Below, piece by piece: positions 8,172 to 17,508 of a DNA stretch of 37,195 bases. A model generated the notes under the pieces. The model saw nothing but the letters and a program-made list of their open reading frames with translations. It had not been told where the DNA came from and searched no databases. Each line of letters begins with the position of its first letter. The stretch's first letter is position 1. A program made the translations under genes and the position numbers. This stretch comes from a virus (lineage: Duplodnaviria; Caudoviricetes), in IMG/VR virus record IMGVR_UViG_3300032335_000219, positions 1 to 37,195 of that record. The stretch is one strand, 5' to 3'.

Positions 8172-9833
8172 ATGGCAGCAGGCGACCCAGGCGCACTCAA
8201 GCGGAACTTTTCCGCCACAGCAATCGAAACAACGCTCGTTAACTCTATTTCATCAGCAGCAACTGGCGACACAACTACAAGCGTTTCTGTTGTATCTGTC
8301 AGTGGTTACCCTGCTGCTCCATTTACACTTATCTTTGCACCAGATACCAACAAAGAAGAAGTTGTTACCTGTATATCTGTAGTTGGAACAACACTTCAAG
8401 TTGTTCGTGGTCAAGACTCAACCCTTGCAGTTGCTCATACCGCTGGTACATCTGTACGCCATGGTGTATCTGGTCGTGACTTTAAAGAAGAACAGACTCA
8501 CATTGCAGCCCGTGGCTACGATGCTGACTCAGGTATTCTTTCTAACGCTTCACAAACACATGTTCATGGACTTCAAACTGGCGATGGTTCAGTAGTTGGC
8601 TCTACTCAATCAGTAACACTAACTCGCAAGACTCTTACAACACCAACTATTAACGGCGCTACCATTAGTGGTGCCTTTACATCTACTGCCACAATTACTG
8701 GTGGTACTGTAACCGCTGCAACAATCACAAGTTCAACTGTAACAAGTTCTACAATTACATCTGGAACTCTTGGTTCAAACCTTGCTGCTGGCGGATTTAA
8801 AATTACTGGACTTGGTACACCTACAACTACTGGCGATGCTACAACCTATGAATATGTAAACTCAATTCTTGGTTCATCAACCTCTGCTAGCATCTCTGCT
8901 GCCTCTGCTGCAGTAAGTGCTACATCTGCTGCAACCTCAGCAACTAGCGCAGGAAATAGTGCAACAGCATCTGCTTCAAGTGCAAGCGCTGCAGCAACTA
9001 GCGCATCTTCTGCTTTAACATCACAGACCGCTGCAGCCACCAGTGCTACAAGCGCTGCTGCCTCAGCAACGGCTGCTGCTACTAGCGCTACAAGTGCTGC
9101 TGCCAGTGCTACCGCTGCTACTACTTCTGCTACATCGGCTGCTGCTAGTGCTACTACTGCTGCTGCTTCTGTTGCAACGATTGCAGCCAGTGCAACTGCT
9201 GCTGCCACATCTGCTACTTCCGCTGCAGCATCAGCAACCGCTGCAGCAACATCCGCTGCTAGTGCTGCTACATCAGCAAGCACAATGGCTGCAAGCGTTA
9301 CTGCTGCTGCTACATCAGCAACAAGTGCTGCTGCCAGTGCAACGGCTGCAGCAACAAGTGCTACTAGCGCAGCGACAAGTGCATCAAGTGCATTGACTAG
9401 CCAAACCGCTGCAGCAACTTCTGCTACTAGCGCTGCCACTTCTGCATCATCTGCTTTAACAAGTCAAACAGCAGCAGCAACATCTGCAACCAGTGCTGCA
9501 ACAAGTGCATCAGCAGCAGCAGAAACTTATGACAACTTTGATGACCGTTACCTTGGCGCTAAAACAACTGCCCCAACGGTAGATAACGATGGCAACCCAC
9601 TTATTGTTGGTGCTATGTATTTCAACTCCGTAACTGGAGTTATGGGAGTATGGTCAGGTAGTGCATGGGTTGCAATCAATACAACCAGTTCTTACTCAGC
9701 ACCTACCATTGGCTCAACACTTATTTCATCTGGAACAACGGTAACAACTCTTAATGGCGTTGTTGACATTGTTCTTACTGGACCAGGAAGTATCACAGAC
9801 GAACTAACCCTGCTTCTTATGGAAGCAATTTAA
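8172..9833 (+). CDS. Tail fibre-like protein with Ala/Ser/Thr repeats
   Basis: N-terminal VRGQDSTLAVAHTAG module, about 210 aa of ATSATSAAASA repeats, then FDDRYLG...DNDGNPL...GAMYFN. Confidence 0.75.
   Translation: MAAGDPGALKRNFSATAIETTLVNSISSAATGDTTTSVSVVSVSGYPAAPFTLIFAPDTNKEEVVTCISVVGTTLQVVRGQDSTLAVAHTAGTSVRHGVSGRDFKEEQTHIAARGYDADSGILSNASQTHVHGLQTGDGSVVGSTQSVTLTRKTLTTPTINGATISGAFTSTATITGGTVTAATITSSTVTSSTITSGTLGSNLAAGGFKITGLGTPTTTGDATTYEYVNSILGSSTSASISAASAAVSATSAATSATSAGNSATASASSASAAATSASSALTSQTAAATSATSAAASATAAATSATSAAASATAATTSATSAAASATTAAASVATIAASATAAATSATSAAASATAAATSAASAATSASTMAASVTAAATSATSAAASATAAATSATSAATSASSALTSQTAAATSATSAATSASSALTSQTAAATSATSAATSASAAAETYDNFDDRYLGAKTTAPTVDNDGNPLIVGAMYFNSVTGVMGVWSGSAWVAINTTSSYSAPTIGSTLISSGTTVTTLNGVVDIVLTGPGSITDELTLLLMEAI
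8880..9525 (+). repeat. Low-complexity coding repeat with 7/14-aa periodicity
   Basis: Repeated AATSATSAAASATA and SASSALTSQTAAATS units. Confidence 0.85.
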
Positions 9834-9848
9834 GAAAGGTAGTAACTA

Positions 9849-10163
9849 ATGGCTACAACAACCAAGGCTATTGCTCGTACAGCAGCAGCCACATCAAGCA
9901 CAACCCTATACACGGTGCCGACTACAACAACTATAACTGTTGTATCAAACATTGTGTTGGCTAACGCAGCAACATCTGCATCAACAGCAACTATTGCTTT
10001 TGATGGCGTAACGATTGTTCCTGCTGTATCTATCCCTGCTAACTCTGTAGTTGGCTTTGATATGAAGCAGGTTATTCCTGCTAACGCAACACCTAAGGTA
10101 ATTACTGGCTTTGCATCTACAACTGCTGTGTCAATTCACATCAGTGGAGTGGAGATTTCCTAA
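9849..10163 (+). CDS. Small beta-rich virion protein
   Basis: SD AGAAAGG; TLYTVP...ISGVEIS pattern typical of fibre-associated small proteins. Confidence 0.7.
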   Translation: MATTTKAIARTAAATSSTTLYTVPTTTTITVVSNIVLANAATSASTATIAFDGVTIVPAVSIPANSVVGFDMKQVIPANATPKVITGFASTTAVSIHISGVEIS

Positions 10164-11770
10164 TGGCATTTAATACATTTCCTTCCAAAGGCGGAATCCC
10201 ATCAGGTAACACTGCTGGTCGCCCATCAAATCCTGCTATTGGCGACACTTATTACAATGGTCAAGTAGAAGCATTAGAAATTTACAATGGTACAACTTGG
10301 AAAGTAGTAAAAAGTGAAGGTTTCCCACCTGATGCACCAACAATTTCTAGTGTAACAGACTCATCAACATCTCTTGCTTATTCTTCAACCGCTGGAACGC
10401 TAGATGTTGTTTTTGTACCAGCAGCAACTGGTGGCACAGCAACTCAATACAATGCATACACCACAGTAGGTGGACATAGTGGTTTTACAACAGTAGGAAA
10501 TACTGTAACAATTACTGGATTAACACCTGGCACTGCTTATAGTGTATATGGTAATGCTGCAAATGGTAGTGGAACTTCAACTAATACAGCCACTGCTAGT
10601 CCAGTAACTCCAACAACATTACCTGAAGTTAGAACTATTGGAACTGCAACAGCATCAACTTCTTCTAATGCAATAACAGTAAGTTGGACTAATGCAAACA
10701 ATGGTGCTAAAAACCTTTCGGCTATTACTATTACCCCATTTCTTAACGGAACAACTGCTGCTACTTCTCGTACAGCAGCAACAACAAGTTCTACTTCTTA
10801 CACATTTACAGAAGGTCAATTAACTGGTAACGCTTCTTATACTTTTAAAGTAAAAGCAACTAACGCTAACGGAACTTGTGCTGATTCAACTGCTTCAAAT
10901 TCTGCAACAATGCCAAATTTAGTTGTTGCTGACATTATGTTAGTTGCAGGCGGAGGCGGTGGCGGTGCATCATACGGTGGTGGAGGTGGTGCTGGTGGCT
11001 TTAGAGTATTAAATAGTTCATTAACTGCTGGAACCTCTTACACAGTTACTGTCGGTGCAGCAGGAGCAGCAGTTAGTGGTACTTACCCAAATGTCAATCG
11101 AGGCGGTAAAGGCGGAAACTCATCTTTTTCTGGTAGCGGATTTACTACAATATCTGCAACTGGTGGCGGTGGAGGTGGAGCCTGGAACGTACAAACAAGT
11201 GGCGGTACTGGTGGTTCAGGTGGCGGTGGAACTTTAGAAACTTCTGCTGGTGGAGTGGGTAATGAAGGTGGTTACACTCCAGTAGAAGGTTACAACGGCG
11301 CAACCAGTATTTCTGGAACGGCTTATGGTGGCGATGGTGGTGGTGGTGCTGGTGGAGAAGGAATACAGGCTACAAGTTCGCAGCCTGGAAATGGCGGTCC
11401 TGGAACAAGTGCTTATTCTTCTTGGGGTGCTGCAACTTCTTCTGGACAAAATGTAAGTGGAACATATTGGTACGCAGGTGGCGGTGGCGGTGGCTATCGT
11501 GTTAGTGCTGTTGGTGGTAACGGTGGTGGTGGTAACGGTAATGGTGGCATTGGTTCTGGTGGTGGAGTTTCTGGAACTACAAACACTGGTGGCGGTGGAG
11601 GTGGCGGTGGAGGAGATGGTGAAACAGGCTCTGCTGGTGGTTCAGGTTTAGTAATTATTAGGTTATCAGGTTCTGTAACCGCAGCCTCAACTACTGGTTC
11701 ACCAACTCGTTATGAAACTGGTGGATACACCTATTACAAATACACAGGAAATGGGAGTGTAACTTTCTAA
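10163..11770 (+). CDS. Fibronectin type III plus glycine-rich domain protein (putative adhesin/fibre)
   Basis: Two FN3-like repeats (ITGLTPGTAYSV; YTFKVKATNANG) and a C-terminal VAGGGGGG...GGSGLVIIR Gly-rich domain. Confidence 0.8.
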   Translation: MAFNTFPSKGGIPSGNTAGRPSNPAIGDTYYNGQVEALEIYNGTTWKVVKSEGFPPDAPTISSVTDSSTSLAYSSTAGTLDVVFVPAATGGTATQYNAYTTVGGHSGFTTVGNTVTITGLTPGTAYSVYGNAANGSGTSTNTATASPVTPTTLPEVRTIGTATASTSSNAITVSWTNANNGAKNLSAITITPFLNGTTAATSRTAATTSSTSYTFTEGQLTGNASYTFKVKATNANGTCADSTASNSATMPNLVVADIMLVAGGGGGGASYGGGGGAGGFRVLNSSLTAGTSYTVTVGAAGAAVSGTYPNVNRGGKGGNSSFSGSGFTTISATGGGGGGAWNVQTSGGTGGSGGGGTLETSAGGVGNEGGYTPVEGYNGATSISGTAYGGDGGGGAGGEGIQATSSQPGNGGPGTSAYSSWGAATSSGQNVSGTYWYAGGGGGGYRVSAVGGNGGGGNGNGGIGSGGGVSGTTNTGGGGGGGGGDGETGSAGGSGLVIIRLSGSVTAASTTGSPTRYETGGYTYYKYTGNGSVTF

Positions 11771-12144
11771 TGGCACACTTTGCTAAATTGGATGAGAACA
11801 ACATAGTCCTTGAAGTACATGTTGTAAATAATGATGCGCTTGACCCAAACAATGAAGAAGCAAGCGGTATTGCTTTTTTAACAGAGTGGTCAGGTGGTTA
11901 TTCAAACTGGAAACAAACTTCTTACAACGGAACTTTTCGTAAAAGATACGCTAATAAAGGAGATAAGTATAACCCAGATTTTGATGTATTTATTACACCA
12001 TCCCCTTTTCCATCTTGGAAATTAAATTACACAACCTTTGAGTGGGAAGCACCTATTGCCAAACCTCAAGCAATTAACGGTTATGCGTGGAGATGGTCTG
12101 AATATAATAAAGAGTGGGTTCAAGTAGCAATACCTACAGCGTAA
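11770..12144 (+). CDS. Hypothetical partner of the Gly-rich protein
   Basis: MAHFAKLDENNIV...WKQTSYN...RKRYA...FITPSPFPSW; TAATG coupling. Confidence 0.75.
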   Translation: MAHFAKLDENNIVLEVHVVNNDALDPNNEEASGIAFLTEWSGGYSNWKQTSYNGTFRKRYANKGDKYNPDFDVFITPSPFPSWKLNYTTFEWEAPIAKPQAINGYAWRWSEYNKEWVQVAIPTA

Positions 12145-12149
12145 TCTGT

Positions 12150-12177
12150 ATCCCTGAGCATGGATTAAAACTGCTCA
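12150..12177 (+). ncRNA. H-type pseudoknot motif, copy 1
   Basis: ATCC/GGAT stem, loop CTGAGCAT, TGAGCA pairs with TGCTCA 12172-77; covarying copy at 32449. Confidence 0.6.
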
Positions 12178-12208
12178 ACTTTTATGTCTTAATACCTAAG
12201 GAGATACA

Positions 12209-14239
12209 GTGGCTAGTCGTTCACCCGATATATCCGAGCGCACGATAATTGATTTATCTGGTCGCCTTTCTACATACTATGATTTAAGCGGTAACGCCTT
12301 TGACATGGCTATTGGTGGCTTGCCATTTATTATGGCAGTAACAGATAGCACTCCATATAAGCGACAGACTGCAGAGTTTCGTGTTCAGCGTGTAGACCAG
12401 ATGCGTGACCCAGGTGAGCACACCCTTGGTGGCTCAGGCTACTGGACTCGTGCTCAATCATCATGGCACTATGGCGAGGGTGTTCTATTTGCTGAGCCAA
12501 TGGAAGGTAATGAGAACGAAGTTCGCTTTCGCTACCGTGATTCCTATGGCATAGATGTCTGGACTCCAGGCGAGATAAGCCTAATTAAAAGAAGCAGCCT
12601 TGTTCAGGCTTTTACTGGAGCATGCAAGGTAGATACAGGTGCCAGTACAGCAGGTGTTGCTTTCCTTGTTGCCACTGATTTAGCACCACGCACATCACAA
12701 ACTACAGCAATGTACAAGATTACAAGTTCAGGCACATCTACAGCCTTAGTTAACTACTCATCTATTAGCAATGAAACAATCCTTGATACCACATCTGATG
12801 GTACATACCTGTATGTGGCTACAACTGCTGGCATCTACGATGTCAGATTATCTGATGGCACAACACATAAACATTATGCATACGATTCTTTAACAGCAGA
12901 ACATGTGGCTCTTAAGTATGTTAAAAGCCGTATTATTGCTGCATTGAAATTTACCAACGGTACTTATGCAGCCTATGAACTTACCTTTGCTAGCAAAGGT
13001 TCTGGTGCTGCCGTTGATATTAAACCAACAATGAACGCTGCTAGTGGAACTATTATCAATGGCTCAACCATCATGCCAATAAACTGGGTGTGGGAAGGAA
13101 TAGCAGAAGGAACCAACGCCATCTACATTGGTGGTTATGCTGGTGACCACTCTGCTATCTTTAAATTAGGAGTAGATAATACTGGTGCCCTTGGCACTAT
13201 TGTTACTGCTGCTACTATGCCACGAGGCGAAATTGTTTTATCTCTTTACTCATACCTTGGCACCTTCCTTATGGTTGGCACAAACAAGGGCGCTCGCATT
13301 GCAACACTAGAACAAAATGGTGACATGACATACGGACCATTGGTATTCCATAATGAAAACGGTGTCTATGACTTTGAAGGGCGTGACTCTTACATCTGGG
13401 CTGGCAATACTAACCAAGTAAATACTAACTCAGGCACTACACGCATTAACCTTGGTCAGCCACTTACTCTTATTGGATATGCTCAACCTATTTCTAGTGG
13501 CGTATATGCTCGTGCAACGGATGCTTATGCAGATGGTATTTTTGGGCAAGTAAATGGTGTTCGTATCTTAGGTGCTAATAATCAAGTTGCCTTTGCAATC
13601 AATGGTTCAGGTATTTGGCTACAACATCCAACAGAGTTGGTTGAATCAGGACAAATCCGTACTGCTCGTATTCGTTATGACACCATGGAAAACAAAGCAT
13701 GGAAGCGTATTCGTGTTCGTACCACCAATGACATAGCAGGTGGTGATATTGAAATATTTAAAATTGGTCCAACAACAGACACTGTTATTACTACGCTTTA
13801 TGAAGGCAATAGCACTACTGCTGATATTGATTTAGGTGATGCATACATAGTAGCAGGACCAGATGCATCGTTTAAACTTACCCTTACCCGTAACTCTACT
13901 AGCGCAACCACTGGACCAGTAGTAGTAGGTATTGCTGTTAAGGCTTTGCCAACACCTACTCGTGCTCGTGTGTTACAGATTCCATTGTTCTGTTACGACA
14001 AAGAAACAGACAAAACAGGTAACATGATTGGCTACGAAGGCTATTCAAGAGAGCGTTTAAACGCACTAGAAACTATTGAAGCCAACGGACAAACAGTTAT
14101 TCTTCAAGACTTTAACCAAGGTGGAGAGCCAACCGAAGTCATTATTGACCAAGTTACCTTTACTCGCTCTACCCCTGCTAACCGTAACTACACAGGCTTT
14201 GGTGGAATCATCACACTCATTGCCCGTACTGTCGTATAA
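12209..14239 (+). CDS. Putative tail nozzle/tubular protein (beta-propeller-like)
   Basis: 676 aa, beta-rich, last structural gene before lysis; SD AAGGAG with GTG start. Confidence 0.55.
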   Translation: MASRSPDISERTIIDLSGRLSTYYDLSGNAFDMAIGGLPFIMAVTDSTPYKRQTAEFRVQRVDQMRDPGEHTLGGSGYWTRAQSSWHYGEGVLFAEPMEGNENEVRFRYRDSYGIDVWTPGEISLIKRSSLVQAFTGACKVDTGASTAGVAFLVATDLAPRTSQTTAMYKITSSGTSTALVNYSSISNETILDTTSDGTYLYVATTAGIYDVRLSDGTTHKHYAYDSLTAEHVALKYVKSRIIAALKFTNGTYAAYELTFASKGSGAAVDIKPTMNAASGTIINGSTIMPINWVWEGIAEGTNAIYIGGYAGDHSAIFKLGVDNTGALGTIVTAATMPRGEIVLSLYSYLGTFLMVGTNKGARIATLEQNGDMTYGPLVFHNENGVYDFEGRDSYIWAGNTNQVNTNSGTTRINLGQPLTLIGYAQPISSGVYARATDAYADGIFGQVNGVRILGANNQVAFAINGSGIWLQHPTELVESGQIRTARIRYDTMENKAWKRIRVRTTNDIAGGDIEIFKIGPTTDTVITTLYEGNSTTADIDLGDAYIVAGPDASFKLTLTRNSTSATTGPVVVGIAVKALPTPTRARVLQIPLFCYDKETDKTGNMIGYEGYSRERLNALETIEANGQTVILQDFNQGGEPTEVIIDQVTFTRSTPANRNYTGFGGIITLIARTVV

Positions 14240-14252
14240 GGAGAACCATGTA

Positions 14253-14456
14253 ATGACACCTGAAAATTGGGCTGGACTAATCGTATCTGTAATAGCAATC
14301 GCAACTGCGTTTGCTGCCACCGTTAGATGGTTAGTCAAGCATTACTTGTATGAACTTAAGCCCAATTCAGGCACAAGTTTAAAAGATAATGTTAATCAAT
14401 TAAATGAAAAAGTTGAATTTTTAACAGAGTTAGTATTACAATCACTAAAAAAATGA
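14253..14456 (+). CDS. Single-TM coiled-coil membrane protein of the lysis cassette
   Basis: MTPENWAGLIVSVIAIATAFAATVRWLV...LKPNSGTSLKD; SD AAGGAG 14238-43; the track start at 14076 overlaps the previous gene. Confidence 0.75.
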   Translation: MTPENWAGLIVSVIAIATAFAATVRWLVKHYLYELKPNSGTSLKDNVNQLNEKVEFLTELVLQSLKK

Positions 14457-14551
14457 GTAATGATATTGATTGGGAATACCAAAACAAGTTAAGAGAACAG
14501 TGGTTAAAAGATAATCCAAATGCTGACTATCAAGGATGGATGTCAATATGA
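14453..14551 (+). CDS. 32-aa peptide (not in ORF track)
   Basis: MSNDIDWEYQNKLREQWLKDNPNADYQGWMSI; ATGA overlaps at both ends. Confidence 0.6.
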   Translation: MSNDIDWEYQNKLREQWLKDNPNADYQGWMSI

Positions 14552-15045
14552 GTCAAGTTGATGACTTCTTAGCAGTAGCACAAAAGGAAGTTGGCACAGT
14601 AGAAAAACCTGTAAATAAAACTAAGTATGGTGCATTTACTAAGCATGATGGTCAACCATGGTGTGGTTCATTTGTTATGTGGTGTGCTGCTCAAGTTAAA
14701 TTAAAACTACCTAACCTTGTCTTTACTCCAGCAGGTGTAGCAGGATTTCAGGGCATGGGTGCATGGAGCAACGCAGCCACGGCATCACCTAAGCCTGGCG
14801 ACATTGTGTTCTTTGACTTTGTTGAAGGTGGTAATCCAGTAGACCATGTAGGTATTGTGCTTAAAGATAACCTTGATGGAACTATTACTACCATTGAAGG
14901 CAATACGACACCCGAAAAAAAGAAGGGTTCTGAGCGTAATGGTGGTGAAGTAGCCATTAGGATTAGAGCGTACAAGAAAGACAACAAACGAAAACTTGCA
15001 GTGTTTGCTGCGGGTTTTGGTAAACCGAAATGGAGCAACAAATGA
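14548..15045 (+). CDS. CHAP-domain endolysin
   Basis: PWCGSFVMWC catalytic Cys, PGDIVFFD, HVGIV catalytic His, TIEGNT. Confidence 0.9.
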   Translation: MSQVDDFLAVAQKEVGTVEKPVNKTKYGAFTKHDGQPWCGSFVMWCAAQVKLKLPNLVFTPAGVAGFQGMGAWSNAATASPKPGDIVFFDFVEGGNPVDHVGIVLKDNLDGTITTIEGNTTPEKKKGSERNGGEVAIRIRAYKKDNKRKLAVFAAGFGKPKWSNK

Positions 15046-15254
15046 AAGACCTAATTGAAAAACTAAAGGACCCAAAGACTAAAGCAGCCTTTAAGTCCTA
15101 CCTTCGTGCAGTTCTTGCATCTGCTGTCACCATGGGCATTGCCCTTGCTGCTGATGTAGCACCACAATATGCAATTTTAATTGGTTCACTTGCCGCACCT
15201 GCCGCAAAGTGGGCAGACAAAACAGAAAAAGAATATGGACTAGGTTCCAAGTAA
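15042..15254 (+). CDS. Putative holin
   Basis: Two hydrophobic segments, charged C-terminus, coupled to the endolysin by ATGA. Confidence 0.65.
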   Translation: MKDLIEKLKDPKTKAAFKSYLRAVLASAVTMGIALAADVAPQYAILIGSLAAPAAKWADKTEKEYGLGSK

Positions 15255-15273
15255 CAAACAGTTTAAACAGATT

Positions 15274-15306
15274 AGCCCCCTCGCTTTTTTAGCGGGGGGC
15301 TTTTTT
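15274..15306 (+). terminator. Intrinsic terminator ending the late operon
   Basis: AGCCCCCTCGCT/AGCGGGGGGCT stem followed by a T6 run. Confidence 0.85.
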
Positions 15307-15699
15307 GCTTTCCCAATCTTTATTTTGTTGGGTCTTTAAGCGATGGCAGTTAGCACATAGTGTCTGGAGGTTATCTGGTTCATTATTTAAATGGTTGCCA
15401 TCTATGTGGTCAACATCTAATTGACTGCGGTGTTCTGCAACAAAGCCACACAATTCACAGTAATCTTTTTTATTTTTAAATTGACTAGAACGATACAAGT
15501 TATATTTATTTCTACAAGACCACCCATATTGTTTCTTCTTTAATCTTGCGGGTCCACATACTGCACAGATACCCCACCGTTTAACTGGATTCTTTAGGAG
15601 CAATCTATGTTGCTTAGGCTTATCCCCCTGTTGAATAGAATCCACCAGTTTTAAATATGGCAGGTGTTGCGGTCCATACTCTCTGCATAGAAACACCAC
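15289..15699 (-). CDS. HNH endonuclease (start uncertain)
   Basis: CELCG...LDVDHIDGNHLNNEPDNLQTLCANCH plus an upstream CAVC; the true start is probably downstream of 15699. Confidence 0.85.
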   Translation of the reverse strand: MVFLCREYGPQHLPYLKLVDSIQQGDKPKQHRLLLKNPVKRWGICAVCGPARLKKKQYGWSCRNKYNLYRSSQFKNKKDYCELCGFVAEHRSQLDVDHIDGNHLNNEPDNLQTLCANCHRLKTQQNKDWESKKAPR

Positions 15700-15787
15700 A
15701 ACATACTGGCAATCTTTCTTCGCCTATTTCAAAAAATAATTCTTGAGTAGAAGAACACACTACACATTTAAAATCATAAATCGGCAC
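15620..15787 (-). CDS. FmdB-family zinc-ribbon protein (not in ORF track)
   Basis: MPIYDFKCVVC...PVCCGVSMQRVW...IFKTGGFYSTGG, 55 aa, GTG start. Confidence 0.8.
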   Translation of the reverse strand: MPIYDFKCVVCSSTQELFFEIGEERLPVCCGVSMQRVWTATPAIFKTGGFYSTGG

Positions 15788-15923
15788 GGCTGTTAACCAA
15801 TCTTTTCAAGGTGTTTAAACGCCTTAGTCTGGCTTGCTGTTCCCGTACTACACCAAGTTTAAACGCAACTTTGTATAGTAGGAATTGCTCAATCGCAAAA
15901 ATCAGTATTAAAAGTATTTTCAT
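15774..15923 (-). CDS. 49-aa membrane-anchored basic peptide (not in ORF track)
   Basis: MKILLILIFAIEQFLLYKVAFKLGVVREQQARLRRLNTLKRLVNSRADL; bridges the two neighbouring genes. Confidence 0.5.
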   Translation of the reverse strand: MKILLILIFAIEQFLLYKVAFKLGVVREQQARLRRLNTLKRLVNSRADL

Positions 15924-16164
15924 TATCATCCACTGGCGTAGGTACAGTCACTAATGCTCCACAGTCAGCACACTTAGCATCGGTAAACCATAGGCTAATC
16001 TCATTATCTTCAAACATGCATCCGACTTGAAAGACAAGGTGCCCACAGTTAAGGCATACACTTGAGGGAATACCACGCAAGTTCACTATTAGCGGTGGCT
16101 TCGCTCGGCTCTTGAGGAGCCTCGCTATTACACCCTTACGCTGCACGAACAGGAGTCTAATCAC
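15889..16164 (-). CDS. Zinc-finger hypothetical protein
   Basis: CLNC...CADC motifs. Confidence 0.7.
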   Translation of the reverse strand: MIRLLFVQRKGVIARLLKSRAKPPLIVNLRGIPSSVCLNCGHLVFQVGCMFEDNEISLWFTDAKCADCGALVTVPTPVDDNENTFNTDFCD

Positions 16165-16180
16165 TGTTTAAATTACATGT

Positions 16181-16210
16181 GTGTAATTCTGTTTCGGCGT
16201 GTCGTACAAT
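16181..16210 (+). promoter_or_regulatory. Putative promoter of the replication operon
   Basis: GTGTAA-N18-TACAAT; overlaps the dyad AATTACA-N4-TGTAATT 16171-88; shares TGTAATTCTGTTT with the 27.68 kb promoter. Confidence 0.5.
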
Positions 16211-16255
16211 AGAGCAGACTTCGTGTAGTAATCTCCTCTATTGAAAGGAAGATAA

Positions 16256-17110
16256 ATGACACTTGAACAAGTAACAGGTAAGAATTATGTTAGTCACTCA
16301 GCCCTAAATACATGGCTTAGTTGTGGCTGGCAGTTCTACCTATCACGAATACAGCATGTTCCTGAACAACCATCATACTGGTTAGCAGGGGGCAAGGCAG
16401 TACATGAAGGCACAGAACTTTATGACCGCCTATACCATGGCACTGACAAACAAGATACCTTCTCAGCACGAGGTGCATTTGAAGGTGCGTGGGAACTCAA
16501 CTACAAGGCTGCAGATAACGGCATGGAGTGGAGAGCAGGTGGGCGTGCAACCAAGGCGTATCCAAACAAAGAGGATGCTGCTTGGTGGCTTGAGGCTGGA
16601 CCTAAAATGATTGATTTTTGGGTGCAGTTTCGTCAAGATAGTGGCTTTACTATGTATCAGTTACCTGATGGTAGTGAGGCTATTGAAACAGAACTTAATA
16701 AGGAGGTTGGAGGAGTGCCTATCAAGGCGTTCCTTGACCGACTAATGGTTGCACCAACAGGTGAGTTGATTATTGTAGACATAAAGACAGGTAGTAAACC
16801 ACCTGCTGGTCTAACTCAACTTGGTATCTACGCAATTCTTGTAGAGAAAATCTTTGGTGTTCGCCCTACCCTTGGTTCATACTTTATGGCACGGACTGGG
16901 GAACTAACCCAGCCTGAAAATTTAGACCGTTACACTGAGTCACGACTTGGTTCATGGGCTAAAGGCTTTGAGTTAGCCATGGAAAATAAAATCTTTATCC
17001 CATCAGTTGGCTTCATGTGTGGCACATGCTCAGTTAACAGTGCGTGCTATGCAGTTGGTGGTAAAGACTCTCACCTCTACCCTGAAATACCTATAGGAGA
17101 AAACAAATGA
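16256..17110 (+). CDS. PD-(D/E)xK RecB/Cas4-like exonuclease
   Basis: SHSALNTWLSC, GKAVH, FLDRL, IVDIKTG, QLGIY, C-terminal CxxC...C. Confidence 0.88.
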   Translation: MTLEQVTGKNYVSHSALNTWLSCGWQFYLSRIQHVPEQPSYWLAGGKAVHEGTELYDRLYHGTDKQDTFSARGAFEGAWELNYKAADNGMEWRAGGRATKAYPNKEDAAWWLEAGPKMIDFWVQFRQDSGFTMYQLPDGSEAIETELNKEVGGVPIKAFLDRLMVAPTGELIIVDIKTGSKPPAGLTQLGIYAILVEKIFGVRPTLGSYFMARTGELTQPENLDRYTESRLGSWAKGFELAMENKIFIPSVGFMCGTCSVNSACYAVGGKDSHLYPEIPIGENK

Positions 17111-17505
17111 GCATGAACGAAGCAGCAATTCAGATTAACTTCAAGACAAAGAAAGATGGCATGTTGATTAACCTTCGTGCCAACGATGCCATTGAACTTG
17201 ATGGCTTACTAGACAGTCTAACTCAACGCCTTGCAGCGTTGATTGACCTTGAACAAACTGTTGAAACAATGGCAACACCAGCGCAATCACAAGCAATGGC
17301 TGCTATTACTCAATCATTTCCTAATGCAACACCAGTACAAGGATATAAGCCAGCAGGTGCACCAACACCTGAGTGCACTTGTGGTGGTGGAACAATGCGT
17401 TTAGTTCCAGCAGGTATCGCTAAGGCAACTGGTCGCCCATACAAGGGCTTCTATGCATGTCCAAAACCACAAGGACAGGCTTGCCAAAACAAGGTATCTG
17501 CATAA
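17107..17505 (+). CDS. Hypothetical protein with C-terminal zinc ribbon
   Basis: CTCGG...GRPYKGFYACP...C; lies between nuclease and helicase. Confidence 0.7.
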   Translation: MSMNEAAIQINFKTKKDGMLINLRANDAIELDGLLDSLTQRLAALIDLEQTVETMATPAQSQAMAAITQSFPNATPVQGYKPAGAPTPECTCGGGTMRLVPAGIAKATGRPYKGFYACPKPQGQACQNKVSA

Positions 17506-17508
17506 CAC

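Noticed and set aside
8846-9439. 197-aa minus-strand ORF and 117-aa alternate-frame ORF in the fibre gene
   Set aside because: Shadows of the Ala/Ser/Thr codon repeat; no SD and no independent features.
12154-12172. Hammerhead ribozyme (CUGA...AAAC)
   Set aside because: Lacks the CUGAnGA and GAAA core and the three-stem junction.
12142-12177. Stop-codon readthrough driven by the pseudoknots
   Set aside because: Readthrough meets another stop after 7 codons here, and at 32445 it does not join the downstream gene's frame.
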